A DNA stretch of 64,000 bases from Guopingia tenuis. Lineage in GTDB: Bacteria > Bacillota > Clostridia > Christensenellales > Christensenellaceae. The notes under the pieces are model-generated. The model saw only the letters and a list, made by a program, of their open reading frames with translations, searched no databases and was not told the origin of the DNA. A program made the position numbers and the translations under genes. The DNA lies in the NCBI RefSeq assembly GCF_014384805.1, contig NZ_JACRSS010000001.1, positions 817,037 through 881,036 on the forward strand. Reading direction: 5' to 3'. Positions 32,675-42,543 of this stretch are shown here, piece by piece. How positions within the stretch are numbered: position 1 is the first letter of the stretch; every line of letters begins with the position of its first letter.

Positions 32675-32708
32675 AAAAGGCCGGTTTTTTATAACCCGGC
32701 CTTTTTAT
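32675..32708 (+). terminator. Rho-independent terminator of the zinc-ribbon operon
   Basis: AGGCCGG...CCGGCCT followed by TTTTTATTTT. Confidence 0.55.
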
Positions 32709-32977
32709 TTTCCTCCGTCTTTGGGACATGGGGCTTTCTCAAGTATCCACCCGGTGCTGCGGATTCACCGATGATGATTCTGAAAAACCGCCGGCTTGCC
32801 TTTCGGCCATTCCCGCCTCCATGAGAGTTATGATCCCGCCAGACATGCGCGGAGAATTATGGTTTGGGAGAACAAATCTCCATGAACGCAGCAAGTTCAT
32901 GTCCAAACGGCCCATAGGCAATCCGCGACGAACCATATTCCCGCCTAAAATCTCATTCTCCGACAGCCCTTGCCAAA

Positions 32978-33475
32978 TTACAGAACCGTATGTGTCTCGG
33001 TTTCCAATCGCTTTTCCATGATATACTCTTCTCCGCTTTCCCGGATCACCAAAAAGCCTAATCTCCGATATAAATGAAGCGCCGCGTTGGCCTTCTGCAC
33101 GGACAGCGACACCCGCCCATACCCGCTTTTTTCCAGCGCGGAAAACATCCGCTGCATCAATGCCATGCCCACGCCCCGGCCGCGCCATGGCGCAAAGACA
33201 GCGATGGCAAGGGAGGGTGTCTGTTCATCTATATGCCCATAGTCTTCCATGATGCGCGTCCAGACCGCGCCTATCACCCGTCCGTCTGCCTCCGCAGCCC
33301 AGGCTCGGTCGCAGATTCCTCTGCCAAAACCCGCAATGTACACCTGCAATTCGCTTCTCTCCAAAATAGAACGCGGCGGAGGCTCTGTTCCCGGGGGAAC
33401 AAAGATCGCCTCATATAAAAAATCCTTCAGCAGCGGATATTCCTCCTCGCGCATCTCTCGTATCGCATAGTCCAT
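32978..33475 (-). CDS. GNAT-family N-acetyltransferase, 165 aa
   Basis: VFAPWRGRGVGMALMQ acetyl-CoA motif. Confidence 0.8.
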   Translation of the reverse strand: MDYAIREMREEEYPLLKDFLYEAIFVPPGTEPPPRSILERSELQVYIAGFGRGICDRAWAAEADGRVIGAVWTRIMEDYGHIDEQTPSLAIAVFAPWRGRGVGMALMQRMFSALEKSGYGRVSLSVQKANAALHLYRRLGFLVIRESGEEYIMEKRLETETHTVL

Positions 33476-33593
33476 CTTTTTTTTGCCTCCTTTTTCAAAC
33501 CGCTTAGCCGTTCCCGGCTTTTTTCCATATTCCCCGTACCCGGAGCCTTTTGTTCCAATGCTCCCAAACTATGCGGCGCCTTTCGCGGGCAAC

Positions 33594-33628
33594 AAAAAGG
33601 GAGCGGGCTTTTGCTCCGCTCCCGGCTT
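33594..33628 (-). terminator. Terminator downstream of the EF-G paralog
   Basis: GGGAGCGG-gcttttgc-TCCGCTCCC with a flanking A-run. Confidence 0.5.
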
Positions 33629-33635
33629 TTGTCTG

Positions 33636-35720
33636 TTATTTCTCCTCTTCCATGTCCTTCTTGGCCTGCTCAATGATCTTGGCAGCCATCTGGGCGGGAA
33701 CCTCTTCATACCGCTCAAACTCGATATGGAAGGTGCCGCGGCCCTGGGTCATGGAGCGCAGGTCGGTGGCATATTTAACCATTTCGCTCATGGGAACTTC
33801 GGCCACAACCTGCTGGATGCCGTCTTCCTGGGGATTCATGCCCAGAATCCGGCCCCGCCGGCGGTTCATGTCGCCGATGATATCGCCCATGTATTCATCC
33901 GGAATGTAAACCTCGGCCTTGCCAATGGGCTCCAGAAGAACCGGATTGGCCGCCGCACAGGCCGCCTTATAGGCCAGGCGGGCCGCCGACTTGAAGGCAA
34001 CTTCCTTGGAATCGACAGGATGGTATTTTCCGTCAAACAGCGTCGCCTTGATGCCCACCATGGGGTATCCCGCCAGAACGCCATGCTTAATGCTCTCCCG
34101 CAGGCCCTTTTCCACAGCCGGGATATATTCCTTGGGAACCACGCCGCCCACGATGGCATTGACAAATTCAAAATCGGAAGAACCGTCCATAATCGGCTCG
34201 AACCGGATCTGCACCACGCCGAACTGCCCCGCGCCGCCGGACTGCTTTTTGTGCTTGCCTTCGGCCTCGGCAGACTTGCGGATGGTTTCCCGATAGGCCA
34301 CCTTCGGATCGGAAAGCGCAGCCTCCACGCCGAACTTGTTCTTCAGCTTCTGGCAGATGACTTCGATATGCATTTCACCCATGCCGCATAGGAGCGTGTC
34401 GCCGGTTTCGGCATTCTTCTCGATGCGGAAGGTGGGATCCTCTTCTTCCAAACGGTGCAGGCCCGCAAAAACCTTTTCCTCTTCGCCCTGCTTCTTGGCC
34501 GTGACAGCCAGGCTGATGCAGGGTTCGCCAAATTCCAGAGCATCAAAGGTCAGCTTATCCGAGGCCGAGCAGAGGCTGTCGCCCGTCGTCGTAAACTGCA
34601 GCTTTGCCAGGGCGCCGATATCCCCCGCCTGGAGCGCATCCACGTTGACCAGCTTTTTGCCGCGCATGATGGAAATATTGCCGAATTTTTCTCCCTTGCC
34701 TGCGCGCACATTGATAATCGCCGTATCCGGCTTCAAAATGCCGCGGAATACCTTGATCAGGTTGATCCGGCCCACAAACGGGTCGGCAATGGTTTTCAGC
34801 ACCTGGGCCGCGAAATGGCCTTCAGCGCTGCACTTGATTTCCACATCCTCGCCCTTTTCGTTCACAGCATGGACCGGCTTCGCCTTATCCGCTGCGGGCA
34901 TATAGGCCGCCAGAGCATCCGCCAGCTCTTTTACACCCAGGTTCTGCGTAGCCGAAGTGGCAAACACGGGAACGACATCCAAAGATTCAATGCCCAGAAG
35001 AAGTCCCTTCAAAATATCTTCTTTGGAAAGCTCCTCTCCTTCAAAGAATTTTTCCATCAGTTCTTCGTCGTTGGAAGCGGCATTTTCCACCAGCGCCTCC
35101 CGCAGAGTTTCCACATCCCCCGCCAGCGCTGCGGGGATATCCGTCTTTTTGTTTCCCTTGGCGTCAAAGGTATACGCCGTGTTTTCCAGGATATCCACAT
35201 AGCCCTTGAAGGCCATGCCTTCCATGATGGGCAGCTGCAGCGGCGTGATGCTGGCGCCGAAGCGCTCCTTCAGCTGATCCACAGTTTTCAGGAAGTCGGC
35301 ATGCTCCTTATCCATCTGGTTGACAGTGATGGCCATGGGCTTTCCGGCTTTTTTGCAGAATTTGAACGCCTTTTCCGCTCCAACGCCAACGCCCGAAAAA
35401 CCGTTGGCCAGGATAAGCGCGCAGTCCGCCATATAATATGCCTGGGTCGTCTCTCCGACGAAATCAAAGAATCCGGGAGCGTCGATCAGATTTAATTTGC
35501 AGTCGCTCCACTCCACGGGAGCCACCGCCGTCGTGATGGAGATATGCCGGCGGATTTCCTCCGGATCATAGTCCGTGGTTGTATTTCCATCCTCCACCTT
35601 GCCGCGGCGCTCGATAGCCCCGGCGTTGGAAAGGATCGCTTCTACAAGCGTTGTTTTCCCATCGCTTCCGTGTCCGACAACAGCGATGTTTTTGATGTGA
35701 GCAGCATCGTAAACCTTCAT
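33636..35720 (-). CDS. Elongation factor G family GTPase (EF-G paralog, EF-G2-like), 694 aa
   Basis: G-domain motifs GHGSDGKT, DAPG, NQMD. Domain IV SGGAGQFG. GGAGGAA RBS. The ORF-track start at 35774 is an upstream extension. Confidence 0.85.
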   Translation of the reverse strand: MKVYDAAHIKNIAVVGHGSDGKTTLVEAILSNAGAIERRGKVEDGNTTTDYDPEEIRRHISITTAVAPVEWSDCKLNLIDAPGFFDFVGETTQAYYMADCALILANGFSGVGVGAEKAFKFCKKAGKPMAITVNQMDKEHADFLKTVDQLKERFGASITPLQLPIMEGMAFKGYVDILENTAYTFDAKGNKKTDIPAALAGDVETLREALVENAASNDEELMEKFFEGEELSKEDILKGLLLGIESLDVVPVFATSATQNLGVKELADALAAYMPAADKAKPVHAVNEKGEDVEIKCSAEGHFAAQVLKTIADPFVGRINLIKVFRGILKPDTAIINVRAGKGEKFGNISIMRGKKLVNVDALQAGDIGALAKLQFTTTGDSLCSASDKLTFDALEFGEPCISLAVTAKKQGEEEKVFAGLHRLEEEDPTFRIEKNAETGDTLLCGMGEMHIEVICQKLKNKFGVEAALSDPKVAYRETIRKSAEAEGKHKKQSGGAGQFGVVQIRFEPIMDGSSDFEFVNAIVGGVVPKEYIPAVEKGLRESIKHGVLAGYPMVGIKATLFDGKYHPVDSKEVAFKSAARLAYKAACAAANPVLLEPIGKAEVYIPDEYMGDIIGDMNRRRGRILGMNPQEDGIQQVVAEVPMSEMVKYATDLRSMTQGRGTFHIEFERYEEVPAQMAAKIIEQAKKDMEEEK

Positions 35721-36078
35721 TTTTTTCCTCCTATACTTGCATGTATCCCATTCCGATCGCTCGGAAACACACAATTTTGATATATCGCGGCAAAATACCC
35801 TGCCGCAGGGAAAATGGTTTTAACGCGCAGCTGCGCAGAAAATTCAAAAGCAAAAATCAGCAAAAAATGGATATTAACCGCTTTTTTGAAGGAGAATCGC
35901 CCGGTTTTTGGCTTCCTGCCAACGGCGGCTAATAGGTTTGTAAATTGATGTACTTATTTATCATACCAGATGCCTTTGGAAAAATAAACCCATTTTTAAA
36001 AAAAAGTCATGGATTTTACAAAAGAAGTGTGAGATAATGAGTTATAAATTTACTATGTCTCATGTTAGGAGTATTTTT

Positions 36079-36408
36079 ATGCAGAGTTGGATGGATACGG
36101 TTTTTGAAAAGCTCAGAGGATATGACGAGAAAAAAGCGACGCGTTTCATGCAGATCGCCGGTTTCCTGTTTGGCCTCATTGCATGGATTGCATTTATCAT
36201 TTTGAATCGTGTGCAGGGTGGTTTTTTGGGCATTTTAGCCCTGTTGGTGTTCGCCCTTGCCTTTTTGGCCCGCGGCCGGCTCCATCGGGAAACCGGATGG
36301 AACATGCGTCCTTTTAACGTCGGCATGGCCATCGGCGTGGGGGTTGGGCTTGTTTTATGGACGGCTTACGGCGCTATCACAGGCGACCTTTTCAAAACGG
36401 TAGCGTAA
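36079..36408 (+). CDS. Small membrane protein, 109 aa; start uncertain
   Basis: Three hydrophobic helices. RBS AGGAG 8 nt before the ATG at 36079. Confidence 0.4.
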   Translation: MQSWMDTVFEKLRGYDEKKATRFMQIAGFLFGLIAWIAFIILNRVQGGFLGILALLVFALAFLARGRLHRETGWNMRPFNVGMAIGVGVGLVLWTAYGAITGDLFKTVA

Positions 36409-36459
36409 ACAGGCGCAATGCAGCACAATACCAGAAAATAAAAGATAGGGGGTTGCCAG

Positions 36460-37377
36460 ATGGTTTATGCGGTGTATTTGAATCCAACCATTGATAAAAC
36501 GGTGTATATCGATTCCCTGCGGGTCGGCGGGACCAACCGGGTGGGGAAGGTTTTGTCCCAGGGGGGCGGCAAAGCCGTCAATCTGGCCGTAACCCTCCAT
36601 CAAATGGATGTCCCTGTCACGGTATGCGGGTTTCTCTACAAGGGAAATTCCCGCCTGATCCGCCAATCCCTCATCGGTATTTCCACTTCCCTTTGGGAAT
36701 TTCCGGGAGAGGCCCGGGTGAATACCAAGATTTTCGACCAGCAAAGCGGCGTTGTCACCGAGATCAACGAAAGCGGCCCTGCCCTTTCCGCAGATATTTT
36801 AAAGCAGTTTGAAGCCACCTTCCTTCCCCAGATTCAAAAGGACGATATGGTGGTCTTGACGGGTTCGCTCCCGCCGGGCTGTCCGGCGGATTATTATGCG
36901 CATCTGATCGAAAAGCTGCCCTGCCGGGTAGCCGTGGACGCAGATGGCGAAACGCTGGCCCAGGCGGTGGAGAAAGCTCCCTTTCTCATCAAACCCAACC
37001 GGGATGAGCTTTCCATGCTCACCGGACTTCCCCTGGAAACCGAGGCTGAGCTCTTGTCCGCCGGGCGGGATCTTCTGGCACGGGGTGTCTCGGTCTGCGC
37101 CATTTCCCTGGGGAGCCGCGGCGCTCTCATCCTGGATGCCTCCCATGCCTATCGCGCTCTGCCGCTGACGCTGGAGGCGGATTCGACGGTAGGGGCCGGC
37201 GATTCCATGATGGCGGGTTTGTGCGCGGGGCTTTTGGAAGGAAAGGACCTGGGAGAAGCTCTTCGCCTGGGATCAGCCGCGGCGGCGGCCAGCCTTTTGC
37301 AGCCGGGAACCGGCGCAGGCGATATGGAATGCATTGCCCGGCTCCTGCCGGAAATTCAGATCCAGCAGATTCAATAG
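36460..37377 (+). CDS. PfkB-family sugar-phosphate kinase resembling 1-phosphofructokinase or tagatose-6-phosphate kinase (FruK/LacC-like), 305 aa
   Basis: N-terminal MVYAVYLNPTIDKTVYI and GGKAVN, and C-terminal GAGDSMMAG, are typical of the FruK/LacC subgroup. Confidence 0.75.
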   Translation: MVYAVYLNPTIDKTVYIDSLRVGGTNRVGKVLSQGGGKAVNLAVTLHQMDVPVTVCGFLYKGNSRLIRQSLIGISTSLWEFPGEARVNTKIFDQQSGVVTEINESGPALSADILKQFEATFLPQIQKDDMVVLTGSLPPGCPADYYAHLIEKLPCRVAVDADGETLAQAVEKAPFLIKPNRDELSMLTGLPLETEAELLSAGRDLLARGVSVCAISLGSRGALILDASHAYRALPLTLEADSTVGAGDSMMAGLCAGLLEGKDLGEALRLGSAAAAASLLQPGTGAGDMECIARLLPEIQIQQIQ

Positions 37378-37405
37378 AAAAGATAAAGAAAGACGAGAAA
37401 CCAAC

Positions 37406-38302
37406 ATGTATCGAGTTCATATTCCCGCCAGCAGCGGCAATATGTGCGTCGGCTTTGATTCCACGGGCCTGGCGCTGCAAATTTATAACTCCATCGATTT
37501 CGAGGCCCGGAAAAGCGGCCTGGTGATCGAGATGGACACCCCCGCCCCTTTTATTCCCACAGACGGGCGCAATCTCATCGTCCGGGCGGCCAGGCGGGCG
37601 GCAGACCGCATGGGCAAGCGCCTTCCCGGCCTCTATCTCAAGCAGTATAACCGCATCCCCCATACCCGCGGCCTGGGCAGCTCCGCCGCCTGCATCGTGG
37701 GGGGAATCCTTCTGGCGGATACGCTTCTGGGCGCCGGATGGAGCCGGGAACAGGTGCTTTCCCTGGCTTCAGAAATGGAGGGGCATCCAGATAATGTGGC
37801 CCCGGCCATCTACGGCGGCGTCTGCATCTCCGCCAAGGCGGAGGACGGCTATCTGGTCCGTCCGGTTCCCGTGGGAGAGGATCTGGCGGTCTGCGTCGCC
37901 ATTCCCGGCTTCACTCTTTCCACGCGGAAGGCCCGGGAAGTGCTCCCCGCGAGTGTGCCCATGAAGGACGCGGTTTCCAACATCGCCAATATGGGGCTGC
38001 TGATAGCCTCCCTGTATGAACGGGATTATACCCACCTCGGAGCAGCCCTTCACGACCGTCTTCATGAACCATACCGCAAAACCCTCATCCAGGGATTTGA
38101 CGACGTCATTCAGGCAGCCTATGACCTGGGCGCTTATGGCGCCTGCCTATCGGGCGCCGGCCCGACCATTCTTATCTTCCTTCCTGCCGGAAAGCAGGAT
38201 TTTGAGCGGCAGCTCCAGGAAAAGCTCCGCTCCATTCCCGGGGGATGGAAAGCGGTTCTGACGGATTTTGACCGTCGGGGCGCGTTTGTGGAAACATTAT
38301 AA
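37406..38302 (+). CDS. thrB: Homoserine kinase (GHMP kinase), 298 aa
   Basis: GHMP motif PHTRGLGSSAAC. N-terminal PASSGNMCVGFDS typical of ThrB. Confidence 0.85.
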   Translation: MYRVHIPASSGNMCVGFDSTGLALQIYNSIDFEARKSGLVIEMDTPAPFIPTDGRNLIVRAARRAADRMGKRLPGLYLKQYNRIPHTRGLGSSAACIVGGILLADTLLGAGWSREQVLSLASEMEGHPDNVAPAIYGGVCISAKAEDGYLVRPVPVGEDLAVCVAIPGFTLSTRKAREVLPASVPMKDAVSNIANMGLLIASLYERDYTHLGAALHDRLHEPYRKTLIQGFDDVIQAAYDLGAYGACLSGAGPTILIFLPAGKQDFERQLQEKLRSIPGGWKAVLTDFDRRGAFVETL

Positions 38303-38315
38303 TAAGGAAACAGGA

Positions 38316-38346
38316 TTCCCCTGGCAAAGCCGGGGGATTTTTTTAT
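38316..38346 (+). terminator. Terminator after thrB
   Basis: TCCCCTGGC-AAA-GCCGGGGGA followed by TTTTTTT. Confidence 0.4.
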
Positions 38347-38626
38347 CATTCGGCCTGTGCCTGAATCCGAGCAGAGGCAAGCCGCTTCTGGCATCTGCTT
38401 TCTTCCCACTGCACATATGTTTTGCAGTGAGCGGGACAAAATCACGGGAAACGGGCTCTATTTTTTCTGTAATAAACTATACCAAAAAGGCACCGGAGGC
38501 TTCCTTTTCAGCGGACAGCCCCGGTTTATTTGCGGATCGGTCCGCAGGATTTTTTCAATTCCCTTTTCCGGATCGGCTCCGCAAGCCACATAAAAAGCAG
38601 CGGCAATTCCGCTGCTTTTTATATTC

Positions 38627-39298
38627 CTATTCTCTCGTATCCTCCCGAGGGGTCCGGGGAATCCGGGGCAGATTCCAGCAATAGTGAGTCGCCAAAAACC
38701 GCAGAAGCATAACGCAAGCCGCTCCCGTGCCGATAGAAAGCCAGTCTGGGCAGCCGCCCCGGGTCATGAAATAATAAACCGTCGCTCCCAGAATCGCCGC
38801 CACGGCATACACCCGCTTTCGGAGCACCACGGGAATCTGCCCTGCCAGGATATCCCGCATCATGCCGCCGCCGATGCCCGTGATCGTCCCGACGAAAATC
38901 GAGAGGAATCCGTTATCGCCCTGCCCGCTGGCAATGGCCGTATTCACACCCACCACCACAAACACCGCCAGCCCGACGGCATCAAATCCATTGATAACCT
39001 TCATATACCCGACGCTGAATCTCTCAATTTTATCTCCCATGCCATATTCGATAAAGAAAACGATGGCAGCCGTCGCCACCGCCACAATGGTGTACACCGG
39101 CTTTTGAAAAAGCGTGGGAGGGGTAATCCCCAGGAGCAGATCCCGGATGGCTCCGCCGCCCACCGCCGTGATGGTTCCAAGCACCAGCGCGCCAAATATA
39201 TCCACGCGCTTTTCCGCCGCCACCAGCACGCCGGAAATGGCAAACGCCACCGTTCCAATGAGCTCCGCAATAAAAAGAATCGTCTGGGTTGTGTCCAT
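38627..39298 (-). CDS. UPF0126 (trimeric intracellular cation channel/YadS-type) membrane protein, 223 aa
   Basis: Two UPF0126 repeats (IGTVAFAISGVLVAAEKRVDIFGALVLGTITAVGGGAIRDLLLG and a second GGGMMRDIL repeat). AGGAGG RBS. The ORF-track start at 39634 is an upstream extension. Confidence 0.75.
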   Translation of the reverse strand: MDTTQTILFIAELIGTVAFAISGVLVAAEKRVDIFGALVLGTITAVGGGAIRDLLLGITPPTLFQKPVYTIVAVATAAIVFFIEYGMGDKIERFSVGYMKVINGFDAVGLAVFVVVGVNTAIASGQGDNGFLSIFVGTITGIGGGMMRDILAGQIPVVLRKRVYAVAAILGATVYYFMTRGGCPDWLSIGTGAACVMLLRFLATHYCWNLPRIPRTPREDTRE

Positions 39299-40110
39299 TT
39301 CCCGCCTCCTCGGTTTGCTAGGAAAAAGTGTATCACATTTCCCCGCGGCCTGCAATTCCCCAAGGCCGGTTCCCGGCATTCTATGGTAAAATGAGAAAAA
39401 CCTATTTCTCCGGCAGCTTATACTATAGCGGTTCTGCCTCATCCCCATATCCGGGAAGCAGTCTATGAATTCCTGCAAAACCGGCCTGCACAAATTCTTT
39501 TTCTTTCCGGCGATTTTCACCTGGATTCTGCGCGGCGGATTTGTGTGTTTTCTTTTAGTCTGCCATTTCCCTACGCTTTTGTCCTCCCCCCTTTTTCGCC
39601 TTTCCATGCGCGGGATATCCGGCTTATCAGCCAAACCGAAGGCGCATCGATCTGTTGAAACACAAAATGGAGGGCCTTCAAAAAGAGCTGGCCGGCCTTA
39701 GACAGCATCCCCAAAGGAAATAAAGAGATTTCCGTGGAAACCGGCGCGTCAAATCTCTCCGGTTCCGATTCGCTTAGCGATCTCTTCAGGCTTTCCGTTG
39801 AATACAAATTCACCCCGCATACGATCAAGCATCCATCCGTATCCGCTTCCCTCCTTCTCCCCTGCCGGGCTATGACCACGACTTTACTCCCCGGCTCGCT
39901 GAGAATGGCAGCGCCAAGCTCCGGAATACCCCGATACTTGTCCCCAGCTTCAAAAACTGCCCCCAGCAAAAGCCTGCCCGTCCGAAGTGCCGCCAGCGGC
40001 CGCCCCTCCTGCTATCCTGCGCCAGCCGTTTTTATTCCCGGGAATAAAAAACTGGCGCATTTTCCTCCGCTGTGCTATGCTATAGCCAAAATATCCCCAG
40101 GAGGTTTTTT

Positions 40111-40581
40111 ATGCGCAGAAAAGACCGGGAGGTTACGGATCCCGCCATCGTGGAAAAAATATTGCAAGAGAGCAGCGTCTGCCATCTGGCCATGGCCAGG
40201 AACAATATCCCCTATGTCGTCCCCCTGAATTACGGCTATATCTGGGAGGACGGCCGTCTTATCCTGCTGTTTCATTCCGCCAAAGCCGGAAAAAAACTGG
40301 ATATCCTTGAAGAAAATCCCCGGGTATTTTTTTCCATATCCATGGGGCATGAGCTCATCCAGGGAGAGCGCCCCTGCGATACTTCCATGCGGTTTTCCTG
40401 CCTGATGGGCGAAGGAGAGGCCGAAATTCTCCGGGAAGCCGGCCAGATCCGGGAAATTATGGAATTGTTTATGAAAAGCTTTCCCGCGCCGCCCGTTATG
40501 GAATGGCGGGATTCCCTCTTTTCCCATATGGCCTGCATTCGTGTCACTGTGACGGACTGGAGCTGCAAAGTCCATCCCTAG
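40111..40581 (+). CDS. Pyridoxamine-5-phosphate-oxidase-like FMN-binding protein, 156 aa
   Basis: AGGAGG RBS. N-terminal MRRKDREVTDPAIVEKIL...VCHLAMARNNIPYVVPLNY is typical of the PNPOx-like split-barrel family. Confidence 0.7.
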   Translation: MRRKDREVTDPAIVEKILQESSVCHLAMARNNIPYVVPLNYGYIWEDGRLILLFHSAKAGKKLDILEENPRVFFSISMGHELIQGERPCDTSMRFSCLMGEGEAEILREAGQIREIMELFMKSFPAPPVMEWRDSLFSHMACIRVTVTDWSCKVHP

Positions 40582-40585
40582 GCAA

Positions 40586-40616
40586 ACAAAAAAACCTCCC
40601 GGCGGGAGGTTTTTTG
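40586..40616. terminator. Bidirectional terminator between convergent genes
   Basis: AAAAAAACCTCCCG-GC-GGGAGGTTTTTT. Confidence 0.6.
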
Positions 40617-40624
40617 TTGCTTGC

Positions 40625-41488
40625 TTATTTTATATAGTGCTTGATGAGCGCCTGGGTTCCCAGATCTCCCATGCCCTCGTTTTCCAATTCCTGATACATA
40701 CCCAACACGACTTTCTGCACATCCATATTCACACCCGCGTCCCGCGCCTCTTCATCGGCAATCTTCATATCCTTCACATAATGCTTGACAAAGAACCCGG
40801 GATCCATGTCGCCTTTGAGCATCCGGGGCGCCATATTGGACATCTGCCAGCTTCCTGCCGCGCCTTTATCGATGGCGTCCAGCATGGTCTGCACGTCCAG
40901 CCCCACGGCCTTTCCATAGGCAATCGCCTCGCAGACGCCCGCAATCGCGCCGCCCAGGGCAATCTGGTTGGCCATCTTGGTATGCTGCCCGGCGCCCGCG
41001 CCGCCTTCATAAACGATAGAGGTTCCCATGCACTTTAAAACATCCATGCAGGCATCCACAGCCTCTTTATCTCCGCCCACCATAATGGAAAGCGTGCCCT
41101 TCTGCGCGCCCACATCTCCGCCGGAAACCGGCGCATCAATGGCATAAACGCCCTTTTCCTTTGCCTTTTCATAGATACGCTTGGAAAGCTTGGGGCTGGT
41201 GGTCGTCATATCAATGACATAGGCGCCGCTCTTGACGCTGTCTAAAATCGCTCCCTCGCCGAAATATACTTCTTCCACATCCTTGGGATATCCCACCATC
41301 GTGATGACCACATCCGCATCCTTGGCGCATTTTCCAATCGTATCGCACCAAACCGCTCCTTCGGCGATGATATCCTCCACCTTTGCCTTTCTGCGCGTGT
41401 AGATGGAAACCAGATAGCCATTTTTCATCAGGTTGCGTACCATGGAACGCCCCATGACGCCCACGCCAATAAATCCAATCTTTTTCAT
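40625..41488 (-). CDS. NAD(P)-dependent 3-hydroxyisobutyrate/tartronate-semialdehyde-reductase-family oxidoreductase, 287 aa
   Basis: N-terminal IGFIGVGVMG Rossmann motif and the 6PGDH-like C-terminal domain. Confidence 0.85.
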   Translation of the reverse strand: MKKIGFIGVGVMGRSMVRNLMKNGYLVSIYTRRKAKVEDIIAEGAVWCDTIGKCAKDADVVITMVGYPKDVEEVYFGEGAILDSVKSGAYVIDMTTTSPKLSKRIYEKAKEKGVYAIDAPVSGGDVGAQKGTLSIMVGGDKEAVDACMDVLKCMGTSIVYEGGAGAGQHTKMANQIALGGAIAGVCEAIAYGKAVGLDVQTMLDAIDKGAAGSWQMSNMAPRMLKGDMDPGFFVKHYVKDMKIADEEARDAGVNMDVQKVVLGMYQELENEGMGDLGTQALIKHYIK

Positions 41489-41803
41489 TTGTACCGTTCT
41501 CCTTTTCCGACCCGAAAAAATAAAAAAAACAGCCCTGCTATTCTTTTTTCTCACGGGTCACTTTCAAATCATTTCTTTTTTCAGTATAGTTCTCGCTGTC
41601 CCTTTTGTCAAGTGGGCGATTTTTCAATTTCCATGATTTTCCACTTTTCAAAATTGGTAATTTCGTGTAAAATAAGGAAAGGAGAAACTTGTCGAATCGA
41701 AAACGTCGCCTTCATACATTTTTCTCATCTTTCCATTCGGTTCAAGCGGTTCGGCACTCCTTTGGTTCCTTTTCCAAATCAAGTATCGGGGAGAGCATTT
41801 TTT

Positions 41804-42430
41804 ATGATTCATTTGCGTTTAAAAGAATTGCGGGAAAAGGCCGGGCTTTCCCAGGCCGAGTTTGCCAAAAAGCTCTCGGTTTCCCAGTCTGCCGTCGGCA
41901 TGTGGGAGACGGGCAAGCGCCTGCCAGAGCATGATACGCTCCTGCGTATCGCGCGTTTTTTCCAGGTGTCTACAGATTATCTCTATGGTCATTCGGATGC
42001 TTCTGCCGCCTCCAACATTCATTTTTCCCCGGCCCCTTCGGTTTCCAGCATTCCCGTTGTCTCGCGGGTTCGGGCGGGCTTTGGCGGCGTCGTGCAGGAA
42101 GAATTCTCGGGCAAGGAGCCGGCCTTTGGCCTGAAGGTTCCGGAGGAATACCGCTATGTCCGGGTGGAAGGGGATTCCATGTCTCCCAAAATTCTCGAAG
42201 GAGACCTGGCGCTTGTTCATTTGCAGCCGGATGTGGAAAGCGGCGAACTGGCCATCGTCATCCTTGCGGGAGAAGAAGCCATGTTAAAGCAGGTCATCAA
42301 GGACCCTTCCAATGGCTGCATCTCGCTCAATTCCTTTAATCCCGCCTATCCGCCGCGCATCATTGCCAAGGAACAGCTGGATACCCTTTTGATTTACGGA
42401 AAGATCGCGGGGATTACACGTTCTTTTTAA
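41804..42430 (+). CDS. cI-like repressor (XRE helix-turn-helix plus S24 LexA-like peptidase domain), 208 aa, lying about 1.3 kb beyond the lysis end of the phage-like cluster
   Basis: HTH LSQAEFAKKLSVSQSAVGMWE. S24 motifs GDSMSPKI and LKQV. Confidence 0.8.
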   Translation: MIHLRLKELREKAGLSQAEFAKKLSVSQSAVGMWETGKRLPEHDTLLRIARFFQVSTDYLYGHSDASAASNIHFSPAPSVSSIPVVSRVRAGFGGVVQEEFSGKEPAFGLKVPEEYRYVRVEGDSMSPKILEGDLALVHLQPDVESGELAIVILAGEEAMLKQVIKDPSNGCISLNSFNPAYPPRIIAKEQLDTLLIYGKIAGITRSF

Positions 42431-42456
42431 GCCAGTCTGCATTGCCAAAAAATAAA

Positions 42457-42488
42457 CGGCGGAAGGAAATCATCCTTCCGCTTTTTTG
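42457..42488 (+). terminator. Rho-independent terminator
   Basis: GCGGAAGGA-aatca-TCCTTCCGC followed by TTTTTT. Confidence 0.6.
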
Positions 42489-42543
42489 TTGATTCTCTCC
42501 CGCCCCATCTTTATATCCATATGGAATTGAAAAACTGCCGGTT

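Noticed and set aside
33636-35720. Ribosomal protection protein Tet(M)/Tet(O)
   Set aside because: The length (694 aa) and the domain IV loop SGGAGQFG match EF-G rather than Tet(M) (~639 aa), so it was called an EF-G paralog.
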